The notes under the pieces were generated by a model. The model ran no database searches and was not told the origin of the DNA. It saw nothing but the letters and a program-made list of their open reading frames with translations. A stretch of DNA of 64,000 bases from Minisyncoccia bacterium (lineage in GTDB: Bacteria > Patescibacteriota > Minisyncoccia > Phycocordibacterales > UBA918). The DNA is taken from NCBI GenBank assembly GCA_041750655.1, contig JBGSYZ010000017.1:68142-132141 (forward strand). Direction: 5' to 3'. This document shows, piece by piece, positions 29,222 through 39,899 of this stretch. A program made the translations under genes and the position numbers. Positions within the stretch are counted from its first letter, which is position 1; every line of letters starts with the position of its first letter.

Positions 29222-31192
29222 ATGGCTCGAGCTGCCACAATCGGCAACGGAAGCATTTTAGTAGGCATTGACGATCGTGGTCAAGTCCGGGATTTTTACT
29301 ACCCATATGTTGGTCACTCCAACCATGTGAGTGGTGGCAGTGGCTCGTATTGGCACCGAATCGGAGTGTGGGTAGACGGTTCATTTTCTTGGATAGAGGA
29401 GAGTGAGTGGGACGTTGAAGTTGATGTTCACCAGAAAAAAATGAGTACCAACATAGTAGCGATTAATAAAAGGTTGAAAATCACCCTTGCATTTCGAGAT
29501 GTGGTACACAACGAGCAAAACATTTTTTTACGTAATGTCATTGTTTCCAACGACGCCGACACTAATCGTAAGATAAAAGTTTTTTTTGCCCAAGAATTTC
29601 GTATTTCCGAATCACGCCGGGGTGATACTGGTATGTATGATCCACGAGTAAAATCGCTTGTTCATTACAAAGGTCATAATGTTTTTTTAATAAATGCTGA
29701 AATCAATGGTCAAACTTTTTCAGATTACAGTATCGGTATTTTTGATATTGAAGGCAAAGACGGTACGTTTCGTGATGCGGAAGATGGTCATCTAGAACGA
29801 AACAGTATCGAACATGGTTCAGTCGACTCAGTATTAGGTCTTGAAGCCACTATGGCGCCGAATGCGAAAACGGAAATAAATTACTGGGTGGTAGTCGGAG
29901 AAAATATACCCGAAGCCCATGCCCTTAATGGGTATGTGATAACCGAACGTCCAGAACGCATTCGTAAATCAGTTGAAAACTACTGGAGTGTCTGGGTAGA
30001 AAAAGATGGACGAGACTTATCGCCTTTACCAAAACCATTACAAGAGTTGTACCAAAAATCACTACAAATAATCCGAGTACACGCTGATAAAGGCGGCGGA
30101 ATTATTGCTTCTGGTGATTCAGAGATGCTTAATCATGGTCGTGATAACTATAGTTATGTATGGCCGCGGGATGCTGTCGTAGCGGCTGATGCACTACGGC
30201 GAGGGGGGTATGTTGATACCGCGAAGCGTTTTTATTTGTTTTTGTCTGAACTCCTAGAACCAGATGGATATCTAATGCATAAGTATAGAGTTGATGGTGC
30301 GTTGGGCAGTTCTTGGCATCCGTGGATGCGAGGAGGTAAAGTTCGGTTACCTATACAAGAAGACGAAACTTCGAGTATTCTGTTTTTTCTTTGGCAGCAA
30401 TACGAACACAATCATGATGTTGAGTTCATTGAATCTTTGTATAACTCTTTCATCGAACCAGCGGCAGAATTTATGGTTGGGTATATTGATGATGAAACTG
30501 GACTGCCTTTTGGGTCGTACGATTTGTGGGAAGAAAAATTTGGCACCTCAACCTACACGGCCGCTTCGGTGTACGGTGGATTGATGGCAGCTGCCAATTT
30601 TAGTACTGTCCTTGGTAAACAAAAAAATGCTGACGCTTACAAAAAAACTGCCCTTACTGTCAAGGATGGAATCTTGAAGTATCTATACTTAGAAGATTTT
30701 CAGTCATTTGTAAAACTGGTGCGACTTGATGATGGTCTTTTGGAATATGATCACACCATTGATAGCAGTAGTTTTTTCGGGCTCATTTTATTCAATGTAT
30801 TAGAGATAGACGATCCGCGGGTGGCTAGTTTCAAGAAAATAATCGACAGCAAGTTATTTGTGGGTTCTGGGATTGACGGCGGGTATGTACGCTATGAAAA
30901 TGATCAATACTACACTGCTAAAGACACACAGGTTCCAAATCCTTGGATTGTGTGCACACTTTGGATGGCCCAGTATGAAATCAAAAAAGCAAAAAATAAA
31001 AAGGAGCTTACACCAGCCTTAGAGATGTTACAGTGGGCACAGAGCACTGCTTCAAAAAGCGGTATCATGGCCGAACAAATACACCCAGTTACTAAAGCTC
31101 CGCTGTCAACTGCTCCGTTAGTATGGAGTCACGCAGAGTTTGTTATTACTGTAGATGAGTATCTAAAAAAATATCGTGCTTTACCGGCCTAG
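29222..31192 (+). CDS. Glycoside hydrolase family 15 (glucoamylase/glucodextranase-like)
   Basis: GDSEMLNHGRDNYSYVWPRDA (Y-x-W-x-RDA), an (alpha/alpha)6 barrel region with catalytic LWEE, and an N-terminal beta-sandwich. Confidence 0.7.
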   Translation: MARAATIGNGSILVGIDDRGQVRDFYYPYVGHSNHVSGGSGSYWHRIGVWVDGSFSWIEESEWDVEVDVHQKKMSTNIVAINKRLKITLAFRDVVHNEQNIFLRNVIVSNDADTNRKIKVFFAQEFRISESRRGDTGMYDPRVKSLVHYKGHNVFLINAEINGQTFSDYSIGIFDIEGKDGTFRDAEDGHLERNSIEHGSVDSVLGLEATMAPNAKTEINYWVVVGENIPEAHALNGYVITERPERIRKSVENYWSVWVEKDGRDLSPLPKPLQELYQKSLQIIRVHADKGGGIIASGDSEMLNHGRDNYSYVWPRDAVVAADALRRGGYVDTAKRFYLFLSELLEPDGYLMHKYRVDGALGSSWHPWMRGGKVRLPIQEDETSSILFFLWQQYEHNHDVEFIESLYNSFIEPAAEFMVGYIDDETGLPFGSYDLWEEKFGTSTYTAASVYGGLMAAANFSTVLGKQKNADAYKKTALTVKDGILKYLYLEDFQSFVKLVRLDDGLLEYDHTIDSSSFFGLILFNVLEIDDPRVASFKKIIDSKLFVGSGIDGGYVRYENDQYYTAKDTQVPNPWIVCTLWMAQYEIKKAKNKKELTPALEMLQWAQSTASKSGIMAEQIHPVTKAPLSTAPLVWSHAEFVITVDEYLKKYRALPA

Positions 31193-31194
31193 TA

Positions 31195-32067
31195 TTAAAA
31201 TTTTTTACGCCAAAAACTAAGGCCACAAGGTAGCCAAAACTGTTTTCCTATTTCGGTTCTATGAATTGAATACGCGAGCGCGCCGGTGCCAAGTTTTTCT
31301 CCTATTACTTCAGCCAAGCTACGCATGTAGGTACCAGAAGAACAAATACACATTATATTTATTAATAGAAATTCTCGGCTGTTATTGTGTGCTAAAAATT
31401 CTTCCCAAGTAGCTTCTACTGATTCACGTCGGAAGTCCGCACCGAGAGCTTTGCTTTTCTCGGTGACTGTCGGCAAAGAGCGAATTTTCTCTCTCGCGGT
31501 TTTAACAATTTCGTCACCAGAAAGTCTGCTTATAGTATCAATTCTAATTTTATATATATAGCCTTCTTGAGTCGGGATAGTTATTTCATTAAGTTTATTC
31601 TCCAGTGCCCACTGGAACAGTGGTTTACCGTTCACAGTTTTGGAAGAAAACTTAGGGTAGGGGACAGCAAACAGTCCACGCATTTTTTTGATAGTGCGAA
31701 TTACTGTATGGCGTGGGATTTCTAACTCCGGACATGACTGTATAAGGCCAAGAACATCACCACTGTCAGATTTAACACCAAGCAATATTTCTACTTTATA
31801 CTCTTTATCAAGAGCATGATATTTTTCTTGAACCTTGCATTCCTCGCCGATAAGCACTAAGAGCTTACCGGACGCCATCGGGTCTAATCTGCCGGCGTAG
31901 GCCATTTTAGCTTCGCTATACCCTGGATACCATTTCTTAAAGGCTTCGATAGCTTGCAGCGGTGTTTGTCCCACTTTTTTATCAATCACAACCCACTTTT
32001 TCATAGAGACAGTATACCCCGTATAAAAAGTAAGAGCTCCCCAGGTTTGGGGAGCTCGTGGTTTCAT
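31195..32067 (-). CDS. truB: tRNA pseudouridine(55) synthase TruB-like
   Basis: Catalytic motif AYAGRLDPMASGKLLVLIGEECK (GxLDPxAxG) and SGTYMRSLA. The true start may be the internal Met (MKKWVVIDKK). Confidence 0.6.
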   Translation of the reverse strand: MKPRAPQTWGALTFYTGYTVSMKKWVVIDKKVGQTPLQAIEAFKKWYPGYSEAKMAYAGRLDPMASGKLLVLIGEECKVQEKYHALDKEYKVEILLGVKSDSGDVLGLIQSCPELEIPRHTVIRTIKKMRGLFAVPYPKFSSKTVNGKPLFQWALENKLNEITIPTQEGYIYKIRIDTISRLSGDEIVKTAREKIRSLPTVTEKSKALGADFRRESVEATWEEFLAHNNSREFLLINIMCICSSGTYMRSLAEVIGEKLGTGALAYSIHRTEIGKQFWLPCGLSFWRKKF

Positions 32068-32414
32068 TAAACATCAGGCCAGCATTTTTTGCGGGCTAGA
32101 TACTCTATTTCTAGAATCGTGAAAGTCTCATTCTCGATTCCTGGAAAGAATTCTCTAGCCTGGCCGCCGATGGATAAGGTGAGCAATTCCATGTCTGAAC
32201 GAGTGTCATGGTAGACACTTGTTTCGCCCAGGATGAAATCGACAGTTACCCAACAGACACCGTCTTTGGGCTTGATGTCGACAACAACCGTGTGTTCATC
32301 GTCACCTTGGAAAACCTGCGGATCTTCTGAGAAGACCACTGGTCGGTCCTGGCTCTTCTCACCTATAGAAAAATTGGCGAGAAGAAGAATAGTTGCCAGA
32401 ATTACCTCAATCAT
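32067..32414 (-). CDS. Small secreted hypothetical protein
   Basis: 115 aa with a signal peptide (MIEVILATILLLANFSIG). Acidic mature part. Confidence 0.4.
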   Translation of the reverse strand: MIEVILATILLLANFSIGEKSQDRPVVFSEDPQVFQGDDEHTVVVDIKPKDGVCWVTVDFILGETSVYHDTRSDMELLTLSIGGQAREFFPGIENETFTILEIEYLARKKCWPDV

Positions 32415-32498
32415 GTCACTGCCTCCTGATCAGGCCCTTTTGTAGGGCGTTTACTCTTTTTTTATTATACCATATTTAAATTGATTTGTACAACTACC

Positions 32499-32526
32499 AA
32501 AGCAGCCGCGAAGCGGCTGCTTTTAA
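32499..32526. terminator. Bidirectional terminator
   Basis: aaagcagccgc-gaag-cggctgctttt. Confidence 0.65.
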
Positions 32527-32539
32527 AATAAAGTTATGT

Positions 32540-33874
32540 TTAGCTGTAGTATTCAGTGAATACTGTGAGAGCTAATGAGGCAATTAGCAGACCAGCAAAC
32601 ATGGTTGGTGCACCTTGTTTTATCCAGTCCATAAAGGAAATCGGGTGAGCGGTCTTTTCAGACTTAGCCACCACAATCACTCCAGCGGTTGAACCAATTG
32701 GTGAACCGTTTCCTCCAAATCCAACTCCAAAAACGAGAGCCCACCAAAGCAAATCAACTGGGATACCGGAAGCACCTAAGTAACCGATAATTGGAATCAT
32801 AGCTACTGTCAGCGGAATATTATCAACGATGGCAGAAAGAATCGCACTGGCCCATAGAATAATCAAAGCTGTCATTAGGAGATTACCTTCAGCACCGGCA
32901 GTTAGGAGATGAGCCATGCGCTCCAGCACTCCAGCGTGCTCCAAGCCACCAACAATCACAAAGAGAGAAGCAAAGAAAAGAAGTACAGATAGTTCAGTCT
33001 TTTCGATAATACCTTGTGGATCATGTTTTGGTGCTACCATGATGAGCGACAAAGAAGCTCCGATTAATGCAACCATTGCTGGTTCTAAATGAAGTAATCC
33101 ATGGAGGAAGAAGAGAACAATAGTAAAACCAAAAACTATAAGCAACTTTCTCATAGTGCGTGGTTCTTTAATGGCTTCGTATTCATTCATGGCCATCAAC
33201 TTATCAACGTTCTCTGGTAGTTTGGCTAAATCTTTACGGTAAACAACTTTAAAGATAGCTAATGTAGCAACCCAGGTAAGGATTACAACCGGTAGTGCGT
33301 GAATTAAAAAATCGTTGAAAGTAAAGCCGGCTGCTGAACCAATCATAATGTTTGGCGGATCTCCAATGAGTGTACCGGTACCACCAATGTTAGAAAGAAG
33401 AGCTTCGGACATCAGAATCGGAGTCGGGTTTATTTTAAGAATATCTGCAATGATGATAGTCACTGGCACGATTAAAATTATAGTGGTCACGTTATCAAGA
33501 ACCATAGAAAGAATGGCTGTAATAGCACCAAGGGCAATCATTAGATACCAAGGGTTACCCTTGGATTTTTTGGCTGTCCAGATACCCATAAACTGAAAGA
33601 AGCCAGTTTTCTCAAGCATGGATACCATAAGCATCATTCCAAAAAGCAGTCCTAGAGTATTGAAGTCAACTACGTCAACTACTTCTTCCGGGTGGAAAAA
33701 ACCAAGAATCATTCCGGCAATTACCATGGCCATAGCTCCAAAGAGAGCCACCACTGTCCGGTGGATTCTCTCAGTGAGAATGAAGAAAAAAGTGATGACA
33801 AAAATCAGTAGTGATGTAATTGTTATTAAGTCCATAAAAGTAGTTAGGTGAAAAATAAAAAACGTGTAAAACAC
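32540..33874 (-). CDS. ArsB/NhaD-superfamily (CitMHS) ion permease
   Basis: 444 aa with about 12 TMs. GGTGTLIGDPPNIMIGS motif, characteristic of ArsB/NhaD permeases. Confidence 0.7.
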   Translation of the reverse strand: MFYTFFIFHLTTFMDLITITSLLIFVITFFFILTERIHRTVVALFGAMAMVIAGMILGFFHPEEVVDVVDFNTLGLLFGMMLMVSMLEKTGFFQFMGIWTAKKSKGNPWYLMIALGAITAILSMVLDNVTTIILIVPVTIIIADILKINPTPILMSEALLSNIGGTGTLIGDPPNIMIGSAAGFTFNDFLIHALPVVILTWVATLAIFKVVYRKDLAKLPENVDKLMAMNEYEAIKEPRTMRKLLIVFGFTIVLFFLHGLLHLEPAMVALIGASLSLIMVAPKHDPQGIIEKTELSVLLFFASLFVIVGGLEHAGVLERMAHLLTAGAEGNLLMTALIILWASAILSAIVDNIPLTVAMIPIIGYLGASGIPVDLLWWALVFGVGFGGNGSPIGSTAGVIVVAKSEKTAHPISFMDWIKQGAPTMFAGLLIASLALTVFTEYYS

Positions 33875-33902
33875 GTCAAAAATAGTTAATCACAAGTTAT
33901 AT

Positions 33903-34433
33903 TTATTGTGAGTCTTCTATATCGAGCTGTTCAGCAATAATGTGTTTTAGGCCTTGGCGGGAAACAATGCCAACTGGACGACCTTCCTCATCAATAACTG
34001 GAATTCGGAGTCGTTTATTGGCGATAGCGGTAACTGCAACAGCCATAAGACTTTCTTTTTCAGTTACGGTAGTTAGTTCTGATGACATAAAGTCGCTAAC
34101 TGATTTGTTTTGTGTTTCAGTTACAGCTGCTTTAAACATGTCTTCCGTAGCAAAGTGAGCGGCAGTACTGTCACCGTCTAGATACTCTGGGACAACAGCA
34201 TCAAGCAAGTCTGTAACGCTGGTAACACCTATTAATTTCCCTTCATCGTTAGTAATAAGTAAGACGTTTGTTTTTTTTGTAACCATCAAAGAAACAGCTT
34301 CCTTGAAAGAAGCGTCAGCAGAAATGATAACAGGCTCTTTAATTATATCTTTTAGTTCCATAAGACGAGGAGCATCATACTCCTCTAGAAATTGTTGTAA
34401 AGGGAAGATAGTCACAGTTGATGTTAAAATCAA
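33903..34433 (-). CDS. CBS-pair domain protein
   Basis: Two CBS modules. Paralogue of 10767..11237, with the same arrangement next to a membrane transporter. Confidence 0.7.
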   Translation of the reverse strand: MILTSTVTIFPLQQFLEEYDAPRLMELKDIIKEPVIISADASFKEAVSLMVTKKTNVLLITNDEGKLIGVTSVTDLLDAVVPEYLDGDSTAAHFATEDMFKAAVTETQNKSVSDFMSSELTTVTEKESLMAVAVTAIANKRLRIPVIDEEGRPVGIVSRQGLKHIIAEQLDIEDSQ

Positions 34434-34574
34434 TTTATGAAGAAAAGATGTACGTGGTAAGGGGCTGAAACAGTCTGGGAGATTGTTTCAGGAGGTTGCC
34501 TTGGATTTTGTAAAAACACCGACAACCAGTACAGCTCCTGTAAGGAGGGCCAGTTCATTGGTACACTACGAATA

Positions 34575-34646
34575 TGAAAACTCGTTGCGCATGGTGTACA
34601 GAAGAACAAATCTATATTGACTACCATGATAAAGAATGGGGTTGAA
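34575..34646 (+). pseudogene. Truncated duplicate of the tag 5' end (23 codons then stop)
   Basis: MKTRCAWCTEEQIYIDYHDKEWG* vs the Tag start MKIRCQWCGDDPLYISYHDTEWG. The upstream leader is also duplicated, each copy with a hairpin (ctgaaaca...tgtttcag / ttgaaaatgtc...gacattttcaa). Confidence 0.5.
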
Positions 34647-34751
34647 AATGTCTGGAGACATTTTCAAAAGGTTTACTAATATTTTTGCTAGAAAATATTG
34701 AAAACCTGAACAGTTTCTGTAAGAAATACCAGGGACTGGTACACTAGGTAT

Positions 34752-35312
34752 ATGAAAATTCGCTGCCAGTGGTGTGGGGATGATCCTCTCTATATTTCTT
34801 ATCACGATACTGAGTGGGGTGTACCAGTGTATGACGACATCAGGCTATTTGAATTTATTACTCTTGAAGGGGCGCAGGCGGGTTTGTCGTGGTTGACCAT
34901 TTTAAAAAAGAGGGAAGGATATCGCAAGGCATTTAAAGGGTTTGATCCCAAAAAAGTGGCTAAGATGACACAAAAGGATGTAGAAAGGTTGATGAAGGAT
35001 GAAAGTATTATCCGTAATCGACTGAAAATAAACTCGACGATAACTAACGCGCAAGCTTTTTTGAAGATTCAAAAAGAATTCGGTAGTTTTTCGGCCTACA
35101 TGTGGGCTTGGGTAGAAGGTAAACCGATTCAAAATAAATTTAAGAATATTAGTGATGTACCGGCGGTGACCGAGCTCGCCACCGCTATGTCCAAGGATTT
35201 AAAAAAGCGGGGTTTCAAATTTCTCGGCCCAACTATCTGGTATGCTCATATGCAAGCCTGTGGGGTGGTGAATGACCACACGGTGGATTGTTTTAGGTAT
35301 AATGAACTTTAA
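34752..35312 (+). CDS. tag: DNA-3-methyladenine glycosylase I
   Basis: Cys4 zinc snap motif (C-x2-C...H...C). The conserved YHDTEWG and GAQAGLSWLTIL confirm the Tag family. Confidence 0.85.
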   Translation: MKIRCQWCGDDPLYISYHDTEWGVPVYDDIRLFEFITLEGAQAGLSWLTILKKREGYRKAFKGFDPKKVAKMTQKDVERLMKDESIIRNRLKINSTITNAQAFLKIQKEFGSFSAYMWAWVEGKPIQNKFKNISDVPAVTELATAMSKDLKKRGFKFLGPTIWYAHMQACGVVNDHTVDCFRYNEL

Positions 35313-35313
35313 T

Positions 35314-35859
35314 ATGAGTAGTCAAAAAACTATAAGACCCTATACTCTTGAGTCATATAATCCTGAATGGAAAAATATTTTTATTAAAACCGCTGAAGAA
35401 ATACGGCCGTTGTTCGGTACGAATTTGTTAGCAATTGAACATGTTGGTAGTACTTCCGTTGAAGGAATGATTGCCAAGCCTCAAATCGACGTGCTCGCTA
35501 TCGTAAAGGATCTGGATTTGATTCCAGAGATATACTCTGATTTTGAATCTATAGGGTATGTTCCTCGTGGCCGAGAGTATGTAGGGATTGGTGATGAGTA
35601 TGTAACTAAAGATGCAAAAGATGGTAAAAGACTCGCTGGAATACATATTTTTGAAGATGGACATCCACGTATAAAGGAGTATCGGGAGTTCAGGGAATAT
35701 TTAAGAAATAATGAGGAGGATAAAGAAAAGTATATAGATATCAAGAAAAGACTTCTAAATTCTGGTATTGATATAAAAGGTTACGACAAAGGAAAGAGTG
35801 AAGTTGTAAATGAAATTTTAAAAAGAGCTCGTGAGTGGGCAAAAATTAACCCAGTGTAG
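35314..35859 (+). CDS. GrpB-family protein (nucleotidyltransferase-fold)
   Basis: EHVGSTSVEGMIAKPQIDVLAIV motif, typical of GrpB/dephospho-CoA-kinase-associated proteins. Confidence 0.65.
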   Translation: MSSQKTIRPYTLESYNPEWKNIFIKTAEEIRPLFGTNLLAIEHVGSTSVEGMIAKPQIDVLAIVKDLDLIPEIYSDFESIGYVPRGREYVGIGDEYVTKDAKDGKRLAGIHIFEDGHPRIKEYREFREYLRNNEEDKEKYIDIKKRLLNSGIDIKGYDKGKSEVVNEILKRAREWAKINPV

Positions 35860-36019
35860 ACGCTTTTCCACTTTATTTACCTACATAATGTGCTACTATA
35901 CCGGCGGGTTGGTTTTTCAGTGAATGCAGGTTGAACCGGAACCGAATGGCAGATTTTGTCATTTTGTCCTCATTTTTCCTGCATTTACTACACAACACCA
36001 ACTATAAATAAACGTTATT

Positions 36020-36949
36020 TTGATGTTGAACGCATTTATATTTACCCAGCCCCAAAAAATAAAAATTATGCTGGTGGACGTAACCAAATTGCCAAATATT
36101 TTTCTTAGTTTCGTGCCTCTTGTGGTGGGGTTTATTTTTTGGGGCTGGGCAGGCAGCTTACACGCCGCTGAAAAGGAAGGGGGTGTTTCAGTACACTTAA
36201 CACCATACGTAGTTGGACACATTGGTACTGTACCAATTACAGCTACGTTACTTAGTGCTTGGTTAGCAATGATTGTCTTAATCACTATCGCTTTTTTTGC
36301 TGGTCGACACCCAAAACTCGTTCCAACCAAATTTCAGAACCTGTTTGAACTATTAATAGGTGGTGTGTATGACTACATGACGGATGTGCTGGAGAGTAGG
36401 ACATTGGCACGGAAATATTTTCCGATTGTGATGACCATCTTTCTGTTTATTCTTTTCATGAATTGGCTCGGACTTTTCCCGGGAGTGACATCAATTGGAG
36501 TGTACGAAGGTCATGGCGCGGATACCCACTTTATACCGTTCCTGTACCCTGGGGCGACCGATCTCAATATTACCCTCGCGTTTGCGATTGTGGCCTTTGT
36601 AGTCATTGAGTTTGCGGGAATAGCAGCAATTGGCACGTGGCGCTATGCGGGAAAGTTTATCAACCTAAAGTTTCTCCTCAAGCCTAACTTCACCAATATC
36701 ATCGGTTTTTTTATTGGCTTGATTGAACTCATCTCTGAGCTGGCTCGCTTGATTTCATTCTCGTTTCGACTCTTCGGGAATATTTTTGCCGGCAAGACAC
36801 TCTTGTTGGTAGTAATGACACTTGCCACACCGTACTTCGTGCCGGTACCGTTGATGGCCTATGAGCTCTTTGTTGGCTTCATTCAGGCCTTCATTTTTGC
36901 GGTACTCACTCTATTTTTCATTAAAATAGCGGTGGAGGAGCCGCACTGA
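36020..36949 (+). CDS. atpB: F0F1 ATP synthase subunit a
   Basis: C-terminal LISFSFRLFGNIFAGKTLL (essential Arg helix) and 5-6 TMs. The start is possibly the internal Met at about 36068. Confidence 0.8.
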   Translation: MMLNAFIFTQPQKIKIMLVDVTKLPNIFLSFVPLVVGFIFWGWAGSLHAAEKEGGVSVHLTPYVVGHIGTVPITATLLSAWLAMIVLITIAFFAGRHPKLVPTKFQNLFELLIGGVYDYMTDVLESRTLARKYFPIVMTIFLFILFMNWLGLFPGVTSIGVYEGHGADTHFIPFLYPGATDLNITLAFAIVAFVVIEFAGIAAIGTWRYAGKFINLKFLLKPNFTNIIGFFIGLIELISELARLISFSFRLFGNIFAGKTLLLVVMTLATPYFVPVPLMAYELFVGFIQAFIFAVLTLFFIKIAVEEPH

Positions 36950-37013
36950 TTAGTTATTAAAAACGAACTTGCATTGGCATGTCGGTTCGTCATTAATCAT
37001 TAATCAAAATTAA

Positions 37014-37283
<270 letters not shown>

Positions 37284-37313
37284 TTAACACTACGCAATTT
37301 TGCGTAAACCATT

Positions 37314-37763
37314 ATGGAAGAAATTATTCACAAATTTGGTATCGACGGAAAGCTCGTCATCATTCAAATCATCAACTTTACCGTGTTGGTGGGGCTGCTT
37401 TCATATTTTCTCTACAAGCCACTTTTAAAAATATTGGCTGATAGGGAGAAGAAAATTGCTCAGGGAGTGGCTGACGCCGAGGCTGCCGCTACAGCCCGCG
37501 CGATGGCCGAGGATGAAAAGCAGTCTATTGTGAGTGCCGCTCATAAAGAAGCTGAGCAAGTTAGCGCACGTGCCCAAGCTCACGCCCAAGAAAAATCTAC
37601 CGAGATAATAGAGTCGGCCGAGGAAAAAGCTAACGCCGTCTTACGACAAGCGGAAGCCAGAGGGGAAGATATCAAAACACAAGCCCATAAAGACAGTGAA
37701 GCAGAAATTGCTAAGCTCGCAGTATTGGCCGCTGAGAAGGTTCTTGCTCAAAAAAATTCATAA
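37314..37763 (+). CDS. atpF: ATP synthase subunit b
   Basis: N-terminal TM then a long Ala/Glu/Lys-rich coiled coil. Confidence 0.75.
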   Translation: MEEIIHKFGIDGKLVIIQIINFTVLVGLLSYFLYKPLLKILADREKKIAQGVADAEAAATARAMAEDEKQSIVSAAHKEAEQVSARAQAHAQEKSTEIIESAEEKANAVLRQAEARGEDIKTQAHKDSEAEIAKLAVLAAEKVLAQKNS

Positions 37764-37764
37764 A

Positions 37765-38145
37765 ATGAAACAAGAGTACATCAGAGCTATATTACAGATG
37801 CTTAAGGAAGGAAGGGACCTAGAGGTTATTCTTCATGGTCTTGTACGTACTCTTAAGAGTCGGGGACACCAAAAACTTCAGGCATCTATTTTGGCTGGTG
37901 TGCTTAGAGTTATTGAAGCTAAAAGTATTGATGAGTCTGTAGTGACTATTGCCTCTAAAGCATCATATGCTGCACAGGCGGCGGCTATCGCCGCCGCCCT
38001 CAAGGATCTCGAAGCCAACAAAGAACCAGTAGTCAAAACCGATCCTACTATCATTGGCGGGTTTATTGTTGAAGCCAACAACACTCGACACGATGCGAGT
38101 TATAAAACTAAACTCGTAAATCTCTATCGTTCACTTACCACCTAA
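37765..38145 (+). CDS. atpH: ATP synthase subunit delta (short, about 127 aa)
   Basis: OSCP C-terminal signature IIGGFIVEANNTRHDASYKTKL. The ORF-track ORF 37696.. overlaps atpF, so the likely start is MKQEYIR. Confidence 0.55.
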   Translation: MKQEYIRAILQMLKEGRDLEVILHGLVRTLKSRGHQKLQASILAGVLRVIEAKSIDESVVTIASKASYAAQAAAIAAALKDLEANKEPVVKTDPTIIGGFIVEANNTRHDASYKTKLVNLYRSLTT

Positions 38146-38181
38146 TTTATTACCAATTATCACCACTTAAATTTATTTACT

Positions 38182-39753
38182 ATGAGTACTGTTATTATCG
38201 ACAAAATAAAGAAAGAGATTGAAGGTCTCGACATCTCCGCTACTACCTCAGAAGTCGGTGTTGTTAGAGCTGTTGGTGATGGGATTGCCGAAATCGACGG
38301 CCTCGCTGGGGCAGAGATGATGGAAATGGTGGTCTTTGACGACAGTGATGGTCAGTCTCTGGAGGAAGTCATCTCTAAAAAGGATGCGCTCTTTGGTCTT
38401 ATCCTCAACCTCGAAGAAGATGTGGTGAAAGTGGTGGTACTTGGTGAAAGTACCCGGGTGAGAGAAGGAATGCGCGTGATGCGTACTAAGAAGCTTCTCT
38501 CCATTCCTGTTGGTGAAGAAATAGTGGGACGAGTGGTTTCTCCGCTTGGAGAAATTATCGACGGCAAAGGCGCTATTACTACTGACAAAGACATGCCAAT
38601 TGAACGCGTTGCCTACGGTGTGATGGATCGCTCGGGCGTAAATGAACCGATTCATACCGGTATCAAAGCTATCGACTCCATGATTCCTATTGGCCGTGGT
38701 CAGCGAGAGCTCATCATCGGTGACCGCCAAACCGGGAAAACCACCATTGCGGTGGATACCATCATTAATCAAAAGTACGAACCAAAAGATAAGCGACCAT
38801 TGTGTATTTACGTGGCTATCGGACAGAAGCGCTCCAAGACCGTGAGTATCATGGCCAAGCTTGAAGAAGCTGGCGCGATGGAGTACACCACGATTGTCGC
38901 TACTTCTGCCTCTGAAGCGTCACCGATGCTATTCTTGGCGCCATTTGCGGGGATGGCCATCGGTGAGTATTTTATGGAGCAAGGCCGCGACGTGTTGATT
39001 ATTCTTGATGATCTTTCCAAACACGCCAATGCCTATCGCCAGATGTCACTTTTGCTCCGCCGACCACCGGGTCGTGAAGCGTACCCGGGAGATATTTTCT
39101 ACCTACACTCACGTCTCTTGGAGCGTTCGGCCAAGCTTTCTAAAGAACTTGGTGGTGGTTCGATTACCGCGCTGCCGATAATTGAAACCCAAGAAGGTGA
39201 CGTATCTGCCTACATTCCGACCAACGTGATTTCGATTACCGACGGTCAGATTTTCCTGGATACTGATTTATTCAACAAAGGTATTCGACCAGCCCTAGAC
39301 GTGGGTATTTCGGTATCGCGAGTAGGTTCTTCCGCGCAGACCAAGGCCATGAAGAAGGTGGCGGGTAAGATTCGTCTGGAGCTCGCGCAGTTTCGAGAAC
39401 TCGAAGCTTTTATGCAGTTTGCCTCAGATTTAGACGACGAAACGAAAGCTCGAATTGAAAGTGGACGCAAGTACGTGGAGCTTCTCAAGCAACCGCAAAA
39501 CGCTCCGGTACCGTTCTACAAACAAGTGGTAGCGATTTATGCGGCCAACCACGGCATGTTCGAAGGTGCGCCAGTAGAAAACACACGTCAGATTGAGGCG
39601 TCGTTCCTCGAGTTTATGGAACGCGACCGTAATGATATTCTCGATAGTATCGAAGAAGGAAGAGAACTCACTGATGTAATCATCGAAAATCTTAACCAAG
39701 CCATCATGGACTACCGCGAAGCCCATCCGTCGCTGTACGCACTAACTGAATAA
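38182..39753 (+). CDS. atpA: ATP synthase subunit alpha
   Basis: Walker A GDRQTGKT and alpha signature regions. 523 aa. Confidence 0.95.
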   Translation: MSTVIIDKIKKEIEGLDISATTSEVGVVRAVGDGIAEIDGLAGAEMMEMVVFDDSDGQSLEEVISKKDALFGLILNLEEDVVKVVVLGESTRVREGMRVMRTKKLLSIPVGEEIVGRVVSPLGEIIDGKGAITTDKDMPIERVAYGVMDRSGVNEPIHTGIKAIDSMIPIGRGQRELIIGDRQTGKTTIAVDTIINQKYEPKDKRPLCIYVAIGQKRSKTVSIMAKLEEAGAMEYTTIVATSASEASPMLFLAPFAGMAIGEYFMEQGRDVLIILDDLSKHANAYRQMSLLLRRPPGREAYPGDIFYLHSRLLERSAKLSKELGGGSITALPIIETQEGDVSAYIPTNVISITDGQIFLDTDLFNKGIRPALDVGISVSRVGSSAQTKAMKKVAGKIRLELAQFRELEAFMQFASDLDDETKARIESGRKYVELLKQPQNAPVPFYKQVVAIYAANHGMFEGAPVENTRQIEASFLEFMERDRNDILDSIEEGRELTDVIIENLNQAIMDYREAHPSLYALTE

Positions 39754-39899
39754 ATTAAGTAGTAAATGAGAATACTCACTATCATATATGATAGTGAAAA
39801 ATGAAAATAGAAATTAGAGAAAATATGCAAAAGGTCGATTTTACAACTGAAAAAAGAAAAAACGCCGCGGTAACAAGTACCGCGACGTTCAGCATCATT

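Noticed and set aside
35959-36330. 123-aa minus-strand ORF
   Set aside because: It overlaps the atpB start region antisense and has no signals. The atpB reading is supported by subunit-a motifs.
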